A stretch of 63,970 nucleotides of DNA, filler included, from an uncultured bacterium (GCA_964543115.1; 4 parts of 4 records of this genome joined end to end with filler, not necessarily neighbours in it); one strand, 5' to 3'. Positions 29,201 to 40,989 are shown, counted from the whole stretch's first letter. Notes: generated by a model from the sequence alone, not told the origin. Program-made: numbers and translations.

Positions 29201-32200
29201 GCAGTTATTGATTGCCATGGATCTGGAAGAAGGGGAAAGTTTTAATCCGGTTTTCCTTTTCGGGGTGACTTCCGGCGGTAAGAGTACGATTGCCCAGATG
29301 GCGGCGGAGATACTGGGGATTGGCTATACCCGGGTGCAGGTAACGGAGCGAACGGATGAATTTGATCTTTTCGGCAGTTTTCAGCCGCATGAAATTTCGA
29401 TTTCTCTGACGGAGTCTATCAGGCGGTTGGAGGAGGCGTTGGTGGTGGGTGAATATAATAAGCTGGAAGATGCCTTAAGCAGATTAAGGTGTAAGCGTAC
29501 CGGGCGGTTGTTTAGGGTACTGGCGACGGAGGAAGAATTGGGGCATTATGAATCTCTCTCCGGCCGGGCGCGGGTGGAGTTTCGTGCTCAGGTTGTACGT
29601 GACGGGGTAAAAGAAAAGATTGAGGGATTTATTTTGGAAGGCAAGCAGCTGTTGGCGGTTGAGGCTGAAGAGGCCGTTTCGGATGAGCAGCAGGCGGAGA
29701 AAAAACGTATTCGGTTGATTAAGTCCCTGAGCCTATTGATGGATCAAGAGATCGGCTTACGATTTGTGCCGGGACGGTTCCGGGAGGCCTATAAGGAGGG
29801 CAAATTGATCTTGCTGGATGAGGCGAATATTGCTAATGAGGAGATGTTGGGGGTTATTTATCAGCTGCTTACCACCGGTTATCTGGAAATTGACGGGGAG
29901 ACGGAGGATCCGGATCCGGGTAAGGTTCCCCGGGTAATTGCTACGGGCAATCCTTCCAGTTATGCCAGCCGTAAACGGATGAGTGAAGCGTTTATGAACC
30001 GCTTTGAGATTGTGCAGATTGAGGAAATGAGTCCGCGGGAAATGGTGGAGATTATTGAGGGGGTTTTGCGGCAGGAAAGGGGAGAAGAATTTTCGTTGGA
30101 GGATGATTTGGGGATTACCAAAGAGCAGTTGGCACAGTTGGGGGAAATTCAGAAATCACTCAATGGCCTGCTGGAAGCGGGTAAATTTCAGTATATTGGC
30201 CGGGAAGGGCAGTATGTGTTTACTCTAAGAAACCTATTAAGGATTACCCGGGATGTGCTGGAGCGCAAGGATGAGGGGTTGCCGGTCAATCTGGAGTCCT
30301 GGATCAGGGAATCTTATCTGGAATATGCCGGGGTGGTGCTGCGCAGTTATCAGGGGGATATCGATTTTAATAATATTGATTACCTGACAATCAGGAATGA
30401 ATATGATGTGCATCTGGGACTGAGTAACGGTGGGGTGGATGGAAAGAGCGTTTTTGATGAGATTATTAAACGGAACTTCACCGAGCCCAGTTTTCATTAT
30501 GATGAGGAAAACAATGAGTTGATGCTCGATGGTATTACTACTAAGGGAACAGAGCCTGATCCGCTGCATCCGATTAAGCGGCTGGTGGATGTTCCTTCCA
30601 CCCGCCGGATCCAGACGCAGGTTATGAAAGGTATCCGGCGCAATGAGCCGGTGCTGTTGGTGGGGCAGTCCGGCGGCGGCAAGACGGAAATAATCGGGGA
30701 TCTGGCCGGCAGGCTGGGCCGGAAATATATCTCTGTTTCTCTGGGTGACGCCACGCTGGAGAGTCTGGTGGGCACGATGGAATATGACCGGACAGAAAAG
30801 AGGTTTAAGTACCGGCGGGGGATCCTGGTTAAAGCGATGGAGGAAGGGGCGGTTCTGGTCCTAGAAGAATTAAATATGGCTAAGTCCGGGATTATTGAGA
30901 TTCTTAATGAATATTTTGATGAAGATACGTTTACTAATCCGTTTACCCGGAAGCCGGTAGATGTGGACAAGAAGAATTTCCGGCTTTTTGCCACAATGAA
31001 CCCGATTCAGGGTGTAAGCGGGGTAAATGAAGGGCGCACCGCTTTGTCGCCGGCTCTGCGTAATCGGTTCCGGGAGGTGTGGGTGCCGCATGAGAAGTCT
31101 GACGCGGAAATGAAAACGATTTTAAGGGAACGGTTCCGCCGGAACGGGGTGAGGGTTAAGAAGGGTACGATTAAAAAGATTCTGGCTTTCTATCGTCAGT
31201 ACCAGCGGGAATTTGCCAGAGAAGAAGAGCCGGTTTATTATACCAGTCTGCGTGACCTGATGAGGATTGTAGAGATTGTTTCCCGGTCGGTAAAGGACCT
31301 GGAGATGAAGGAACTGCGGGCGCTGGCCCGGGCGGTTGACCGGGTGTATGGCCTGCGGATGGATAATGAGAGGGTAATTGGAAAGTATAAGAAAATATTA
31401 AAGTATAAAGATGTAAAGATTACGCTACCAGCCAAGGGCCGGCTTGTTTACCGGCGGGAAGGCGGCTATCTTAATATCTATGAGCAGGTTCGCCGGCGGG
31501 AAGAATTGGTGGGCCAGATTGTGCTTAAGGGGATGAATTCCCGGTTAGTGGATCTGCTGCGCGAAAGCCAGCGGAAAAAATTAAAACCGGGAGAAGATCT
31601 GGAGGAAAAGGTAGCAGAGGAGCTGGAAAAGATGCAGGCGGAAGCGGAACTGGTGTGGAATGATAAGACGGCAGAGGATTTAAATCATCTTTTACAGGGA
31701 TTAGGTGTAGGGGAAGATGATTTTAATCAACAGAGATTTAATCCGGTACTGTTATTAGGGGAAACTGCCGGCGGCAAGAGCAGTCTGGCGCGTTACGCGG
31801 CGGTTAATGTATTGGAACAGGGGTATACGAGGATTCAGTTTAATGAGCGGATTGATGAGATCAGCCTTTTTGGCGGCTATGAACCGCGGGAAGTGAAGAT
31901 GGATTTTAAAGAGGCGTATAACGTGCTAAGTAACGCGATGGGGCAGAATGACTGGGTGAAGATTAAGCGGGCTCTGAATATCTGGCGTACGGGTGAAGTT
32001 GCCGCGGCGGATAAAAGGATACTTGATCCAGCGGCGATTCATTATCGGGTGGATAAGGATCTGGGCGCGGCGCAGGCCGAGATTCGCAATCTGCTGCGTA
32101 GGGCGCTGGCGGAAGGCAATAATGTAACCACAGAGGAAAGGGAAGAGGCGCGGAAGAAAATAATTAATACGGCATTTTTATTAAAGAACGGGGTGCTGAA

Positions 32201-35200
32201 TATCGAATTGGATTTTAAGGAAGGGCGGTTCCTAAAGGCGCTTAAACGCGGTGATCTGGTGGTGCTGGATGAAATAAATTTGGCCAATGAAGAGGTGCTG
32301 GGAATGTTTTATCAATTGCTGACGCTGGGATATATTGAATATTATGACCGGGATGAAGGCAGGATCAGAAAAATCCGGCCGGCAAAGGGATTCAAATTGA
32401 TTGCCACGGCTAATCCGGCTGCTTATGCCGGCCGTAATCGGTTGAGTGAGGCGTTGATGAACCGGTTTGAAATTCAATACATTGACAAGATGACGGCGCC
32501 GCAGATGGCCAAGGTGATTACCGCTGAGAATAGAGAACTGCCGCCGGGGTTGCCGAGCAAAATTAAGAGACTTTGTCTGTTGCAGGAAGAACTGAACACA
32601 TTGATTGCCAAACAGGAATTTAAGGATATTGCCGCTGATCAGAGCAGCGGGTATCTGTTTACGCTGCGAAATCTAAAAAGGATTTTAAAGGATGTTAATC
32701 TGCTGGTTAAAACTGAAGAGATTCCGCCGGTAGAGGTTTTAGTGCGTGAGGCCTTTCTGGAATACGCGGGCATTCTCGGCCGTAATGAAGAAAATATTTC
32801 CCGTCTGCAGGATCTTTTCAATGAAGAGCGCTATTTTGGTTACCGGCCGGAGATTCCTTCTTTTGACGCAGAGACTACGGATGAGGGAGTAATGGTTGGT
32901 TCGCTGTTTATTAAACGTCCCCAATCTTACTCTCGGGAAGCAGAGGTGATTGAACCGCTGGCGCCCACGGAAAGTACAAACCTTACCCGCTATCACGCGG
33001 CGAAAGGATTCGTTGACCGCCGGCGGCCGGTTTTACTGGTGGGTCAGTCGGGCGGGGGAAAGAGTGAGGTTGTTGGTGATCTGGCCCGGGAACTGGGCTG
33101 GAAATATAGGAGTGTCTCTTTGGGTAATGCCTCGATTGAATCGTTAATCGGCAGTTATGTGATGAACAAGGAGACGAAAAGATTTGAGTATCAGCCGGGT
33201 GAACTGGTGTTGGCGATGCAGGAAGGGGCGGTGCTGGTGCTGGAAGAGATTAATATGGCTGATTCCGGTTTGATCGAAATTCTTAATGAGTTTTTTGATG
33301 AGGATAAGTTTACTAATCCGATGACCGGAGTAGAAGAAGATATTCATCCGGATTTTCGGCTGTTTGCCACGATGAATCCGGAACAGGGGGTAGTGGGCAG
33401 TAATACCGGCCGCAACAAACTTTCACCGGCACTGCGCAGCCGGTTTAGTGAGGTCTGGGTGGATCACAAAAAGAAACCGATGGAGGTAAAAAAGATTATC
33501 GAGAAGAAAATGGAAAACCGCGGTCTGGATGATGTTCCCGACTGGCTGGTTGAAAAGATATTTGAGGCCTATAATTCCTTTAACCAGGCGTTAACCAAAC
33601 GTAATCCGGATATCGGTAAGGAACAGAAAGATGGTTACTATACCAGCCTGCGGGATATCGGGAAGATCGCCGATATTATCGCTTTCCAGGTAAAGCGGCG
33701 GGGAGTTTCACTGGAAGTGGCCCTGGATAATGCTCTGGAAAGAACGTATTATTTGCGGCTGAATAATAAAGCTGATCGTGATTATGTGACGAAGAATGTT
33801 CTTAACCGTGAAAACATAACTGAAGGTGCGTATCAGTGGCTGGATAAAGGAGAGTATTATCTGGTCCGCAAAGGCGAATTAACTATTTATGAGGTGAAGA
33901 AATCACTGCTTGGTGATTTTGTGCTGACGGATCAGTCGCGGGAGGCGCTGGCCCGGATATTAGAGGCGTTAACCACTGAAAGTATGCTGCCGGAAGGGCA
34001 GGGGAAGAAATTTAATCCCTTAATGTTGATTGGGGAAACAGCCGGCGGTAAGAGTACAATGGCTGATGTGGTGGGTAATATTTTGCATGACAGCGAAGGT
34101 GAGGAAGGGAAGGTGAGGATCCAGATCAATCAGCGCACTGACGAATATGATCTTTTCGGTTGTTTTCATCCGGTGGATATTAAGCTGAAACCGCAGGAGG
34201 CCTATGAAATTATCCAGCAGGCCAGGAAAAATAAAGATTATGGTTTGATGCGCCGGGCCTGCGCGCGGTTGGGGCGGTCGGTTGATTATATGCGCGAGGT
34301 TCACGAAATTCAGGATGAGTCGGATGATGAAGTGGTAATTAGTTTTATTAATAAGGTGGTTATTGATGTAGTAGAAGATGATGATCCGGATCCGCAGGCG
34401 TTAACGGACGCACTGAAGTTCATGCGGCAGCTGGCCCTGGTTATGCTAAACGGGACAGCGGGAATTGATCTGGAGTTTCGTGAGGGATTGTTCCTGGAGG
34501 CGATGAAACGGGGTGATTTGGTATTGCTGGATGAGATTAACTTGGCTAATGAAGAGGCGCTGGCTCTGCTTTACCAGCTGCTTACTTTGGGTTATATACA
34601 GTTTCAGGGAGAGCCGATTCGTCCGGCAGCGGGCTTTCAGCTGGTAACTACACTTAATCCATCGTCTTATAGCGGACGGAACCGGATGAGTGAGGCGTTT
34701 ATGAACCGGTTTGAGATCCATTATGTGCGGGATATGACGCCGGATGAAATGGTGGAGATTCTGGCAGAAAAATATCAATTAACGGAACTGGGGATTAGAA
34801 AGGATGATTTGTTGGAGTTGGCTAAAATGCAGGCGGAACTAGACCGAGCGAGCCGGAAAGGGCGGTTTGCCTATTTTAATGTTGATGGCTCTTACCGGTT
34901 TGCCTTGCGTAATCTGGAACGGATCGCTGAAGATGTACTTAAACGCCGTCAGTATGATAGACAGACGCCGGCCCGGGAATTGCTGCTGGAAGAGGCGGCG
35001 ATGGAATATGCCTGTCTGCTGGATCAGACAGATAAGAATATTGAGCGATTAGGTAATCTGTTCCGCACTACCTTTTCCTGGGAAATGCCGGATGTAACTG
35101 AACTGGACTACAGGTTGCGGCCTGCGGTTGAAAATGATTCTTGGCTTACTTTGAATGGCGTGCAGGTGTGCAGAAATTCAGCTGCTGATACACTGGCTAA

Positions 35201-37194
35201 CCGGGTGGGAAAACTAACGGAACTTAAATCCACCAGCCGGGTAAGAACCCAGATCCTGAAGGCGTTCCGTGATGGTGAACGCCTGGACAATAATGGCGCG
35301 CGCCGGCATAAGTCCCGGCCCTTATTATTAACCGGTCAGTCCGGCGGCGGCAAGACGGATATGATTGCTGATATCGCCCGGGAATTGAAATGGAACTACC
35401 GCAGTGTGTCGCTGGGCGCGGCTACGGTAGAAACGCTGGTTGGGTCCTATCATCTGAACGGGGATACCGGGGTGTTTGAGTTTCGTAAAGGGATTCTTTA
35501 CCGGGCAATGGAAGAGGGTTGGGCATTGGTTCTGGAAGAGGTTAATATGGCTGATCCGGCGGTAATTGAGATTCTAAATGAATATTTTGATAAAGGCACG
35601 TTTACTATTCAGGAACGTAAAATTAAGCTTGTGCCGCATGAAAATTTCCGCTTGTTTGCCACGATGAATCCGATTCAGGGTAAGATTGGCATGAATGCCG
35701 GCCGGATGCAGCTTTCCCCGGCCCTGCGCAGCCGGTTCCGGGAGGTGTGGGTACGTAGTGAAAAATGCCGCGAAGAACAGTACCGGATCATGCTGGGGGG
35801 GATTAAGGGATTGGTTACTGATCTCTTGGCGCGGGGAGTGGAGGAGATTAAGGAACCGGATTATGTGCTGCCTGAATATATCTGGGGCCTGCGGGACCAG
35901 GCGCATCGCCGGCGGCGGCCGGGTGGTTCGGTGGTTAGCCGGATGGTAAAGACAGTTAGCGGTAGGGGCGGGACTCAGGCTGTCTCCAGTTCTGGTATTG
36001 TTAAGATGGCGGATACAGCAGATAGCGATCAATCGGATGATGTGATTATGGATGATGGTATGTCATATCAGGATAAAAAAGAGATGTTTGAAAGAACCTT
36101 TCTTTCTATTAGTAGAACGCCGGATGGTAAGGCGGCGGTTAATATTGCCGAATCACCGAACAATAAATGGGGTTATCATTCTCAATCCAATACTCTTTTA
36201 TATCCCCCGGAGGCCCTGAAGAAATATCCGGTGGATGTTGTGGTGGGAATAGCCATTCATGAATCCATGCATCGGTATGGGACGCGCTATTCGGTTCTCT
36301 ATCCGGAGTTTATCCAGAAAAACAGTTTGGAAAGGCATTTCTTTAATGCTATTGAAGACGCCCGGATCGAGAATTGGGCCAAGCAACGATTTGCCGGCGC
36401 GGGTGAATATCTGAAAAAACTTAACGAATATCTGCTTTTTAAAGACGGGCTGGACGCGGCTTTTGATCCTAAGCGCGGGTATACGGCTTTGATGGCGAAT
36501 TTCTTTCTCTATTTGGGTAAGTTCGGTGCTAATCCTGATGCCCAACAAAAAATTAACCGGATCTTGAAGTTGATGGGAAACAAAAATAAGAAATTTCGCC
36601 GGGATATGGAGGAGTTGATGCGTCGGGATGTTTTTGGCAGCAGCCGGACTGAAGATTTGATTACCCGGCGGAGAAGAGGAGTGTTTTCTCTGGTGCCGCT
36701 GCGTGTTGATGATGCCGGCGGGGTAGATTTTGAACCGGATCCTAGTGAGGACTATATCCGGCAGTTGGCGCGGGAGCAGGCTGATAAGATTATGGAAGAT
36801 ATTATGGAGTATGTGTATCACTGGGCGAAGCAAGATACAGAGGATATTGAGTTTGATGGGGGGGGTATACCTATGCCGGATGAAGGTGGAGGTGAAGGTG
36901 AAGGCGAAGGCGAAGGTGAGGGCGAAGGTGAAGGCGAAGGTGAAGGTGAAGGCGAAGGCGAAGGTGAAGGCGAAGGTGGAGATGAAGGCGGAGGCAGAGG
37001 CAAAGGCAAAGGTGATGGTGAGGCGCGGGTAGGAAGCGGTAAGCGTAAAGGCCGGCGTAATTGGGAAAGTGCCGATCCGAATAAAAAAGGTAAAGTGGTG
37101 AGAGACTTGGAAGATGCACTTGGTGACCGGGTGGATGACCGGACGGCTGGTGATGCTGAGGATTATCACGAGGCTCAGCGGCAATTACAGAATT
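20250..37194 (+). CDS. Giant (>=5648 aa) multidomain protein: signal peptide, ChaN/Tiki-like domain, helical repeats, 2x HEAH domain, CPBP protease, six midasin/MoxR-type AAA+ modules, CobT-like HExxH domain, (GE)n linker; 3' truncated by gap
   Basis: Uninterrupted frame from the ATG at 20250 to the N run. Six Walker A motifs (residues 3005, 3472, 3837, 4265, 4595, 5029), each with Walker B, sensor-1 NP and an R finger (N/S)RF. Confidence 0.93.
36891..36975 (+). repeat. GAAGG(T/C) hexamer microsatellite encoding (GE)n
   Basis: About 14 tandem GGT/GGC-GAA/GAG units. Confidence 0.95.
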
Positions 37195-37294
37195 NNNNNN
37201 NNNNNNNNNNNNNNNNNNNNNNNNNNNNNNNNNNNNNNTTAATTAATTAANNNNNNNNNNNNNNNNNNNNNNNNNNNNNNNNNNNNNNNNNNNN
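37195..37294. other. Artificial contig spacer
   Basis: 44 N + TTAATTAATTAA + 44 N. Confidence 0.99.
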
Positions 37295-37295
37295 G

Positions 37296-38231
37296 CATCG
37301 TTTCTATCAGAAGTATACTGATTCTCTCGACGGAATAACCTTGGGCGAGGTGCGGGCGGTAGAGCCGCTGAAGGCCTTCTTTTTCCGTTCCCGGGAAGTA
37401 GTGGCTGATGATTTTAAGCCGGATGTTCCTGGTGCCAATCGACGTCCGCTGGCCGTTCTTGGTGTTAAGGCCTGTGACCTGAAAGGATTTAAGGTTCAGG
37501 ACCATGTTTTTAAGAACCACGATTATTGTGACCCTTTCTATATTAATAACCGGGAGAAAAATCTGATTATCAGTTCCGACTGTACCTGTGCCATTGCTAC
37601 CTGTTTCTGCCGGGCCCTGGGCCTGGAACCTTTTCCGCAGGGAGATTTTGATATCAATCTGGCAGCGGTTAAGGGAGGATTTCTGCTAGAGATCGGTTCG
37701 GAGAAAGGAGAAAAAATCCTCAAGGATAATGCCTCTCTGTTTACTGAAGCCGGCCAGCAGCAGTTAAGTGAACGGGAAGAGACTAAGAAAAAAGTTAGTG
37801 CTGAGGTAGAAGAGAATATTAAGGAAAACGAGGTTCCTAAGCAGGAAGCCTTTTCCGGGATCATTGAGAAAAATTACGAAGCAGAGCTTTGGTCGGAAAA
37901 GGCCAAGGATTGCGTGGAGTGCGGGGCCTGTAATACGGTTTGCCCCACCTGCCACTGTTTTCTGCTTTATGACCAAAGGGATGAAAAGAAGATGCAGCGC
38001 CTGCGGATGTGGGATTCCTGCATGTTAAAGCATTTTGCCCGGGTGGCCGGCGGGGCAAATCCCCGGCCCCAACTCTGGGAGCGGCTGCGTAACCGGTTTG
38101 AGAAGAAGTTTGATTATTTTCCGAAAGTAGCGGAGGTTTATGCCTGTACGGGCTGCGGCCGTTGTATTTCCGCCTGCCCGGCTAAAATAGATATTCGTGA
38201 TCTGCTTAAAAGGTTAGTGAAAAATGCATAA
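37296..38231 (+). CDS. 4Fe-4S dicluster protein, AsrA/sulfhydrogenase beta-like; 5' truncated
   Basis: GVKACDL, CFC, CVECGACNTVCPTCHCF, WDSC, GGANPR and CTGCGRCISACP; the frame is open from the gap. Confidence 0.88.
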   Translation, partial: HRFYQKYTDSLDGITLGEVRAVEPLKAFFFRSREVVADDFKPDVPGANRRPLAVLGVKACDLKGFKVQDHVFKNHDYCDPFYINNREKNLIISSDCTCAIATCFCRALGLEPFPQGDFDINLAAVKGGFLLEIGSEKGEKILKDNASLFTEAGQQQLSEREETKKKVSAEVEENIKENEVPKQEAFSGIIEKNYEAELWSEKAKDCVECGACNTVCPTCHCFLLYDQRDEKKMQRLRMWDSCMLKHFARVAGGANPRPQLWERLRNRFEKKFDYFPKVAEVYACTGCGRCISACPAKIDIRDLLKRLVKNA

Positions 38232-39045
38232 GGAAAATCCCTACAGCCCAATTAAAACTGAAGTGCTGGACGTTATTACGGAGACGCCGACAATTAAAAC
38301 CCTGCGGCTGAAGCCGGAGATCCCGATAACTTTTAAGACCGGGCAGTTTATTGAATTAACCGTACCCGGAGTGGGTGAGGCGCCGTTTACCCCTTCTTCG
38401 CAACCGGCGGTGAAAGAGGAGATGGAAGTTACCATCATGCGCGTTGGTAAGGTTACTGAGAAGATTCATGAATTGAAAAAAGGTGATATTGTCGGGCTGC
38501 GCGGTCCAATGGGGCAGGGGTATCCGGTTGATAGTTTCCAGGGGAAAGAGATTGTGGTTGTTGGCGGCGGCTGTGGATTGGCGCCGCTCCGAAGCTTGAT
38601 GTATGAGCTGTTCAGCCGCAGCGGGCAGTTTAAAAAGGTGCTTTTCCGCGGCGGTTGTAAAACTCCGAAGGAGATGCTTTACCGGGAGGAAATCCACGGC
38701 TGGCACCAGCGCGATGATCTTAATATTAAACTGACGGTGGATAAGGGGGATGAATCCTGGAAGGGAAATGTGGGTGTGGTCACAACAATCCTCGATAATC
38801 TGGAGGTGGATTGCGCCCAGGCAATTGCCATTGTTTGCGGTCCCCCGGTGGCGATGAAGTTTTCCACTAAGAAATTATTGGAACTTGGATTTAGGGAAAA
38901 TAATATTTATCTATCAATGGAAAAGAATATGTCTTGCGGGATCGGTAAATGCGGTCATTGCCGGCTGGGCACCTACTATGGCTGTAAGGACGGCCCCGTG
39001 TTTACCTATGACAAGATTAAAAACTTTCACGGTATTTGGGACTAA
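38224..39045 (+). CDS. FAD/NAD(P)-binding subunit, AsrB/sulfhydrogenase gamma-like
   Basis: GQF, PFTPSS, GLRGPMGQGYP, GGGCGLAPLRS, CGPP and the 2Fe-2S motif MSCGIGKCGHC...CKDGP. Confidence 0.92.
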   Translation: MHKENPYSPIKTEVLDVITETPTIKTLRLKPEIPITFKTGQFIELTVPGVGEAPFTPSSQPAVKEEMEVTIMRVGKVTEKIHELKKGDIVGLRGPMGQGYPVDSFQGKEIVVVGGGCGLAPLRSLMYELFSRSGQFKKVLFRGGCKTPKEMLYREEIHGWHQRDDLNIKLTVDKGDESWKGNVGVVTTILDNLEVDCAQAIAIVCGPPVAMKFSTKKLLELGFRENNIYLSMEKNMSCGIGKCGHCRLGTYYGCKDGPVFTYDKIKNFHGIWD

Positions 39046-39050
39046 TTTAT

Positions 39051-39611
39051 ATGAATACAAGCGCGGAACAGATACATAACGGAAAACTGAATCTTGAACC
39101 GCAGACAGGCGCTAAGCAGAAATTGTTTGTGGATCTGGATGTGTGTTCGGGAAATGAATGTAAGGAATGTGTCATTAAATGCAGTTATTTTTATCATCCG
39201 GATAATAATGGTGTTACTTCCGTGCGGGAACTGGCCAGCTATGTGCTTGTCTGCCGCAAATGTGAAGAGCCGCATTGTGTGAATTCCTGTCCGGTAGAGG
39301 CGCTGGAACAGCAGGAGGAAAAGAATAAGATACTTATCAGGCACAATATGCGCTGTGTGACCTGCCGGTCCTGTTCTCATGCCTGTCCGTACGGTACAAT
39401 TTACCCGGAATTGGTGCCTCAATATCTCAGTAATTGTGATTTTTGTATCGATAGACTGAAAGGGAAAGAAGTTCCGCAGTGTGTGCAGACATGTACTTAT
39501 AAGGCCCTGAGCTTGAAAAGCGGGGCGGATGTGAAGCTGGATGAGAATACGTTTCAGGTGGGTGATAATTTAGTCATTCATTCAACCCACTGGCAGAATG
39601 AGAAGGCCTAA
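39051..39611 (+). CDS. 4Fe-4S electron transfer protein (HycB/HydN/DmsB family)
   Basis: CRKCEEPHCVNSCP, CVTCRSCSHACPYG and CDFC...PQCVQTC; start moved to the ATG at 39051. Confidence 0.85.
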   Translation: MNTSAEQIHNGKLNLEPQTGAKQKLFVDLDVCSGNECKECVIKCSYFYHPDNNGVTSVRELASYVLVCRKCEEPHCVNSCPVEALEQQEEKNKILIRHNMRCVTCRSCSHACPYGTIYPELVPQYLSNCDFCIDRLKGKEVPQCVQTCTYKALSLKSGADVKLDENTFQVGDNLVIHSTHWQNEKA

Positions 39612-39614
39612 TTA

Positions 39615-40538
39615 ATGAATTATTTATTATATATATTATTATATGGATTTGCTTTAACGGCGGTGGTTGGTTTGATAGCCAGCTGGATTGACCGGAAGGT
39701 AACGGCCCGGGTACAGTACCGGGTGGGCCCGCCGATCTTACAGCCGTTAATAGATATTATTAAGCTTTTGGGTAAGGAAACCCTGATTCCGGCCGGGGCC
39801 TCCCGCACCACGTTTTTGGCGATGCCCCTGGTGGGGGTGGCCAGCGTTATTTTGGTATCCACGGTTCTATGGGTAAATAATATTAGTCCAGGCAGTTCTT
39901 TTGTCGGTGATCTGATCGTTGTGCTTTACCTGTTAACTATTCCTTCCCTGAGTATTATTATGGGCGGGTTTGCCTCGCGTAATCCGCTGGCCAGTCTGGG
40001 TGCTTCCCGGGAGATGAAGCTGGTGCTGGCTTACGAACTGCCGTTTTTGCTGGCGGTATTTGTGCCGGTAATTAAATCCGGATTTTCTATTCAACTGGGT
40101 GAAATACTTTCTTACCAGGCGCAAAACGGTGTGATTACGGGCAGCTGGTCGGGGGTGCTGGCCCTGGTGGTGGTGATCCTTTGTGTGCAGGCTAAATTAG
40201 GGGTAGTACCGTTTGATATTGCCGAAGCGGAAACGGAGATTACCGGCGGGGCGCTGGTGGAATATTCCGGTTCCGGACTGGCCCTATATAGATTAATGAA
40301 GAACATGCTGCTTTGCACGCTGCCGCTTTTTGTGATAATTGTTTTTATGGGCGGTTTTAGAATTGATGGTGTTCATTTTCTGGCCGGGGCGGGAAAATAC
40401 GTTGGCTTGGTGGCCCTGGTAACGGTTATTCGCAACACCAATCCGCGGGTGCGGATTGATCAGGCGGTAAGATTTTTCTGGGGTCCAATGACAGTTATTG
40501 CTATAATAGCGGTCGTTTTAGCATTTTTAGGATATTAA
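39615..40538 (+). CDS. Membrane hydrogenase subunit, NuoH/HycD/MbhM-like
   Basis: DRKVTARVQYRVGPPILQPLIDIIKL and PFDIAEAETEITGGALVEYSG. Confidence 0.93.
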   Translation: MNYLLYILLYGFALTAVVGLIASWIDRKVTARVQYRVGPPILQPLIDIIKLLGKETLIPAGASRTTFLAMPLVGVASVILVSTVLWVNNISPGSSFVGDLIVVLYLLTIPSLSIIMGGFASRNPLASLGASREMKLVLAYELPFLLAVFVPVIKSGFSIQLGEILSYQAQNGVITGSWSGVLALVVVILCVQAKLGVVPFDIAEAETEITGGALVEYSGSGLALYRLMKNMLLCTLPLFVIIVFMGGFRIDGVHFLAGAGKYVGLVALVTVIRNTNPRVRIDQAVRFFWGPMTVIAIIAVVLAFLGY

Positions 40539-40539
40539 G

Positions 40540-40989
40540 ATGAGTGTAAAATTAAAGGCATTATTAAAATCTCCGTGGATATTTCATTTATCGACGGGTA
40601 GTTGTAATAACTGTGATATAGAAATCCTTGATTGTCTGACGCCGCGTTTTGATATCGAGCGGTTCGGGATGATCCTGGCCGGCAGTATTAAACACGCGGA
40701 TGTGCTGCTGGTAACGGGTTCGGCGAACCGTAAGTCCATGGAACGGGTAAAGCGCCTCTATGAACAGGTGCCCAAACCCTGTCTGGTGATGGCCATCGGA
40801 GAATGTTCATGTTCACGGGGGATGTTCATTCACAGTTATAATTGTCCGGTGCCCTTTGATCATATTATCCCGGTAGATGTTTATGTGCCCGGGTGTCCGC
40901 CGAAACCGGAGGCGATTATGGCCGGGGCGGTGAAATTGATTACGAAGGTAAAAGGCAGTGCTGAGGCACCGGCCGCGAAAAAATCATGA
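40540..40989 (+). CDS. Group 4 [NiFe]-hydrogenase small subunit (NuoB/HycG/MbhJ-like)
   Basis: GSCNNCDIE, ADVLLVTG, GEC and VYVPGCPPKPEAI. Confidence 0.93.
   Translation: MSVKLKALLKSPWIFHLSTGSCNNCDIEILDCLTPRFDIERFGMILAGSIKHADVLLVTGSANRKSMERVKRLYEQVPKPCLVMAIGECSCSRGMFIHSYNCPVPFDHIIPVDVYVPGCPPKPEAIMAGAVKLITKVKGSAEAPAAKKS

Noticed and set aside
36198..37184. 328-aa minus-strand ORF with (FA/FT)n, and the (SP)n, (LH)n and (KV/KA)n ORFs nearby
   Set aside because: Shadow frames of the (GE)n microsatellite in the giant gene.
37195..37341. Functional link between the giant AAA protein and the hydrogenase operon (MoxR proteins chaperone respiratory complexes)
   Set aside because: The two are separated by an artificial contig join, so adjacency is not evidence.
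37239..37520. ORF-track entries ending in X...LIN (also 54850..55188 and the tails of 20250..37250 and 54477..54857)
   Set aside because: These read into the N spacer. They are artefacts or false stops.
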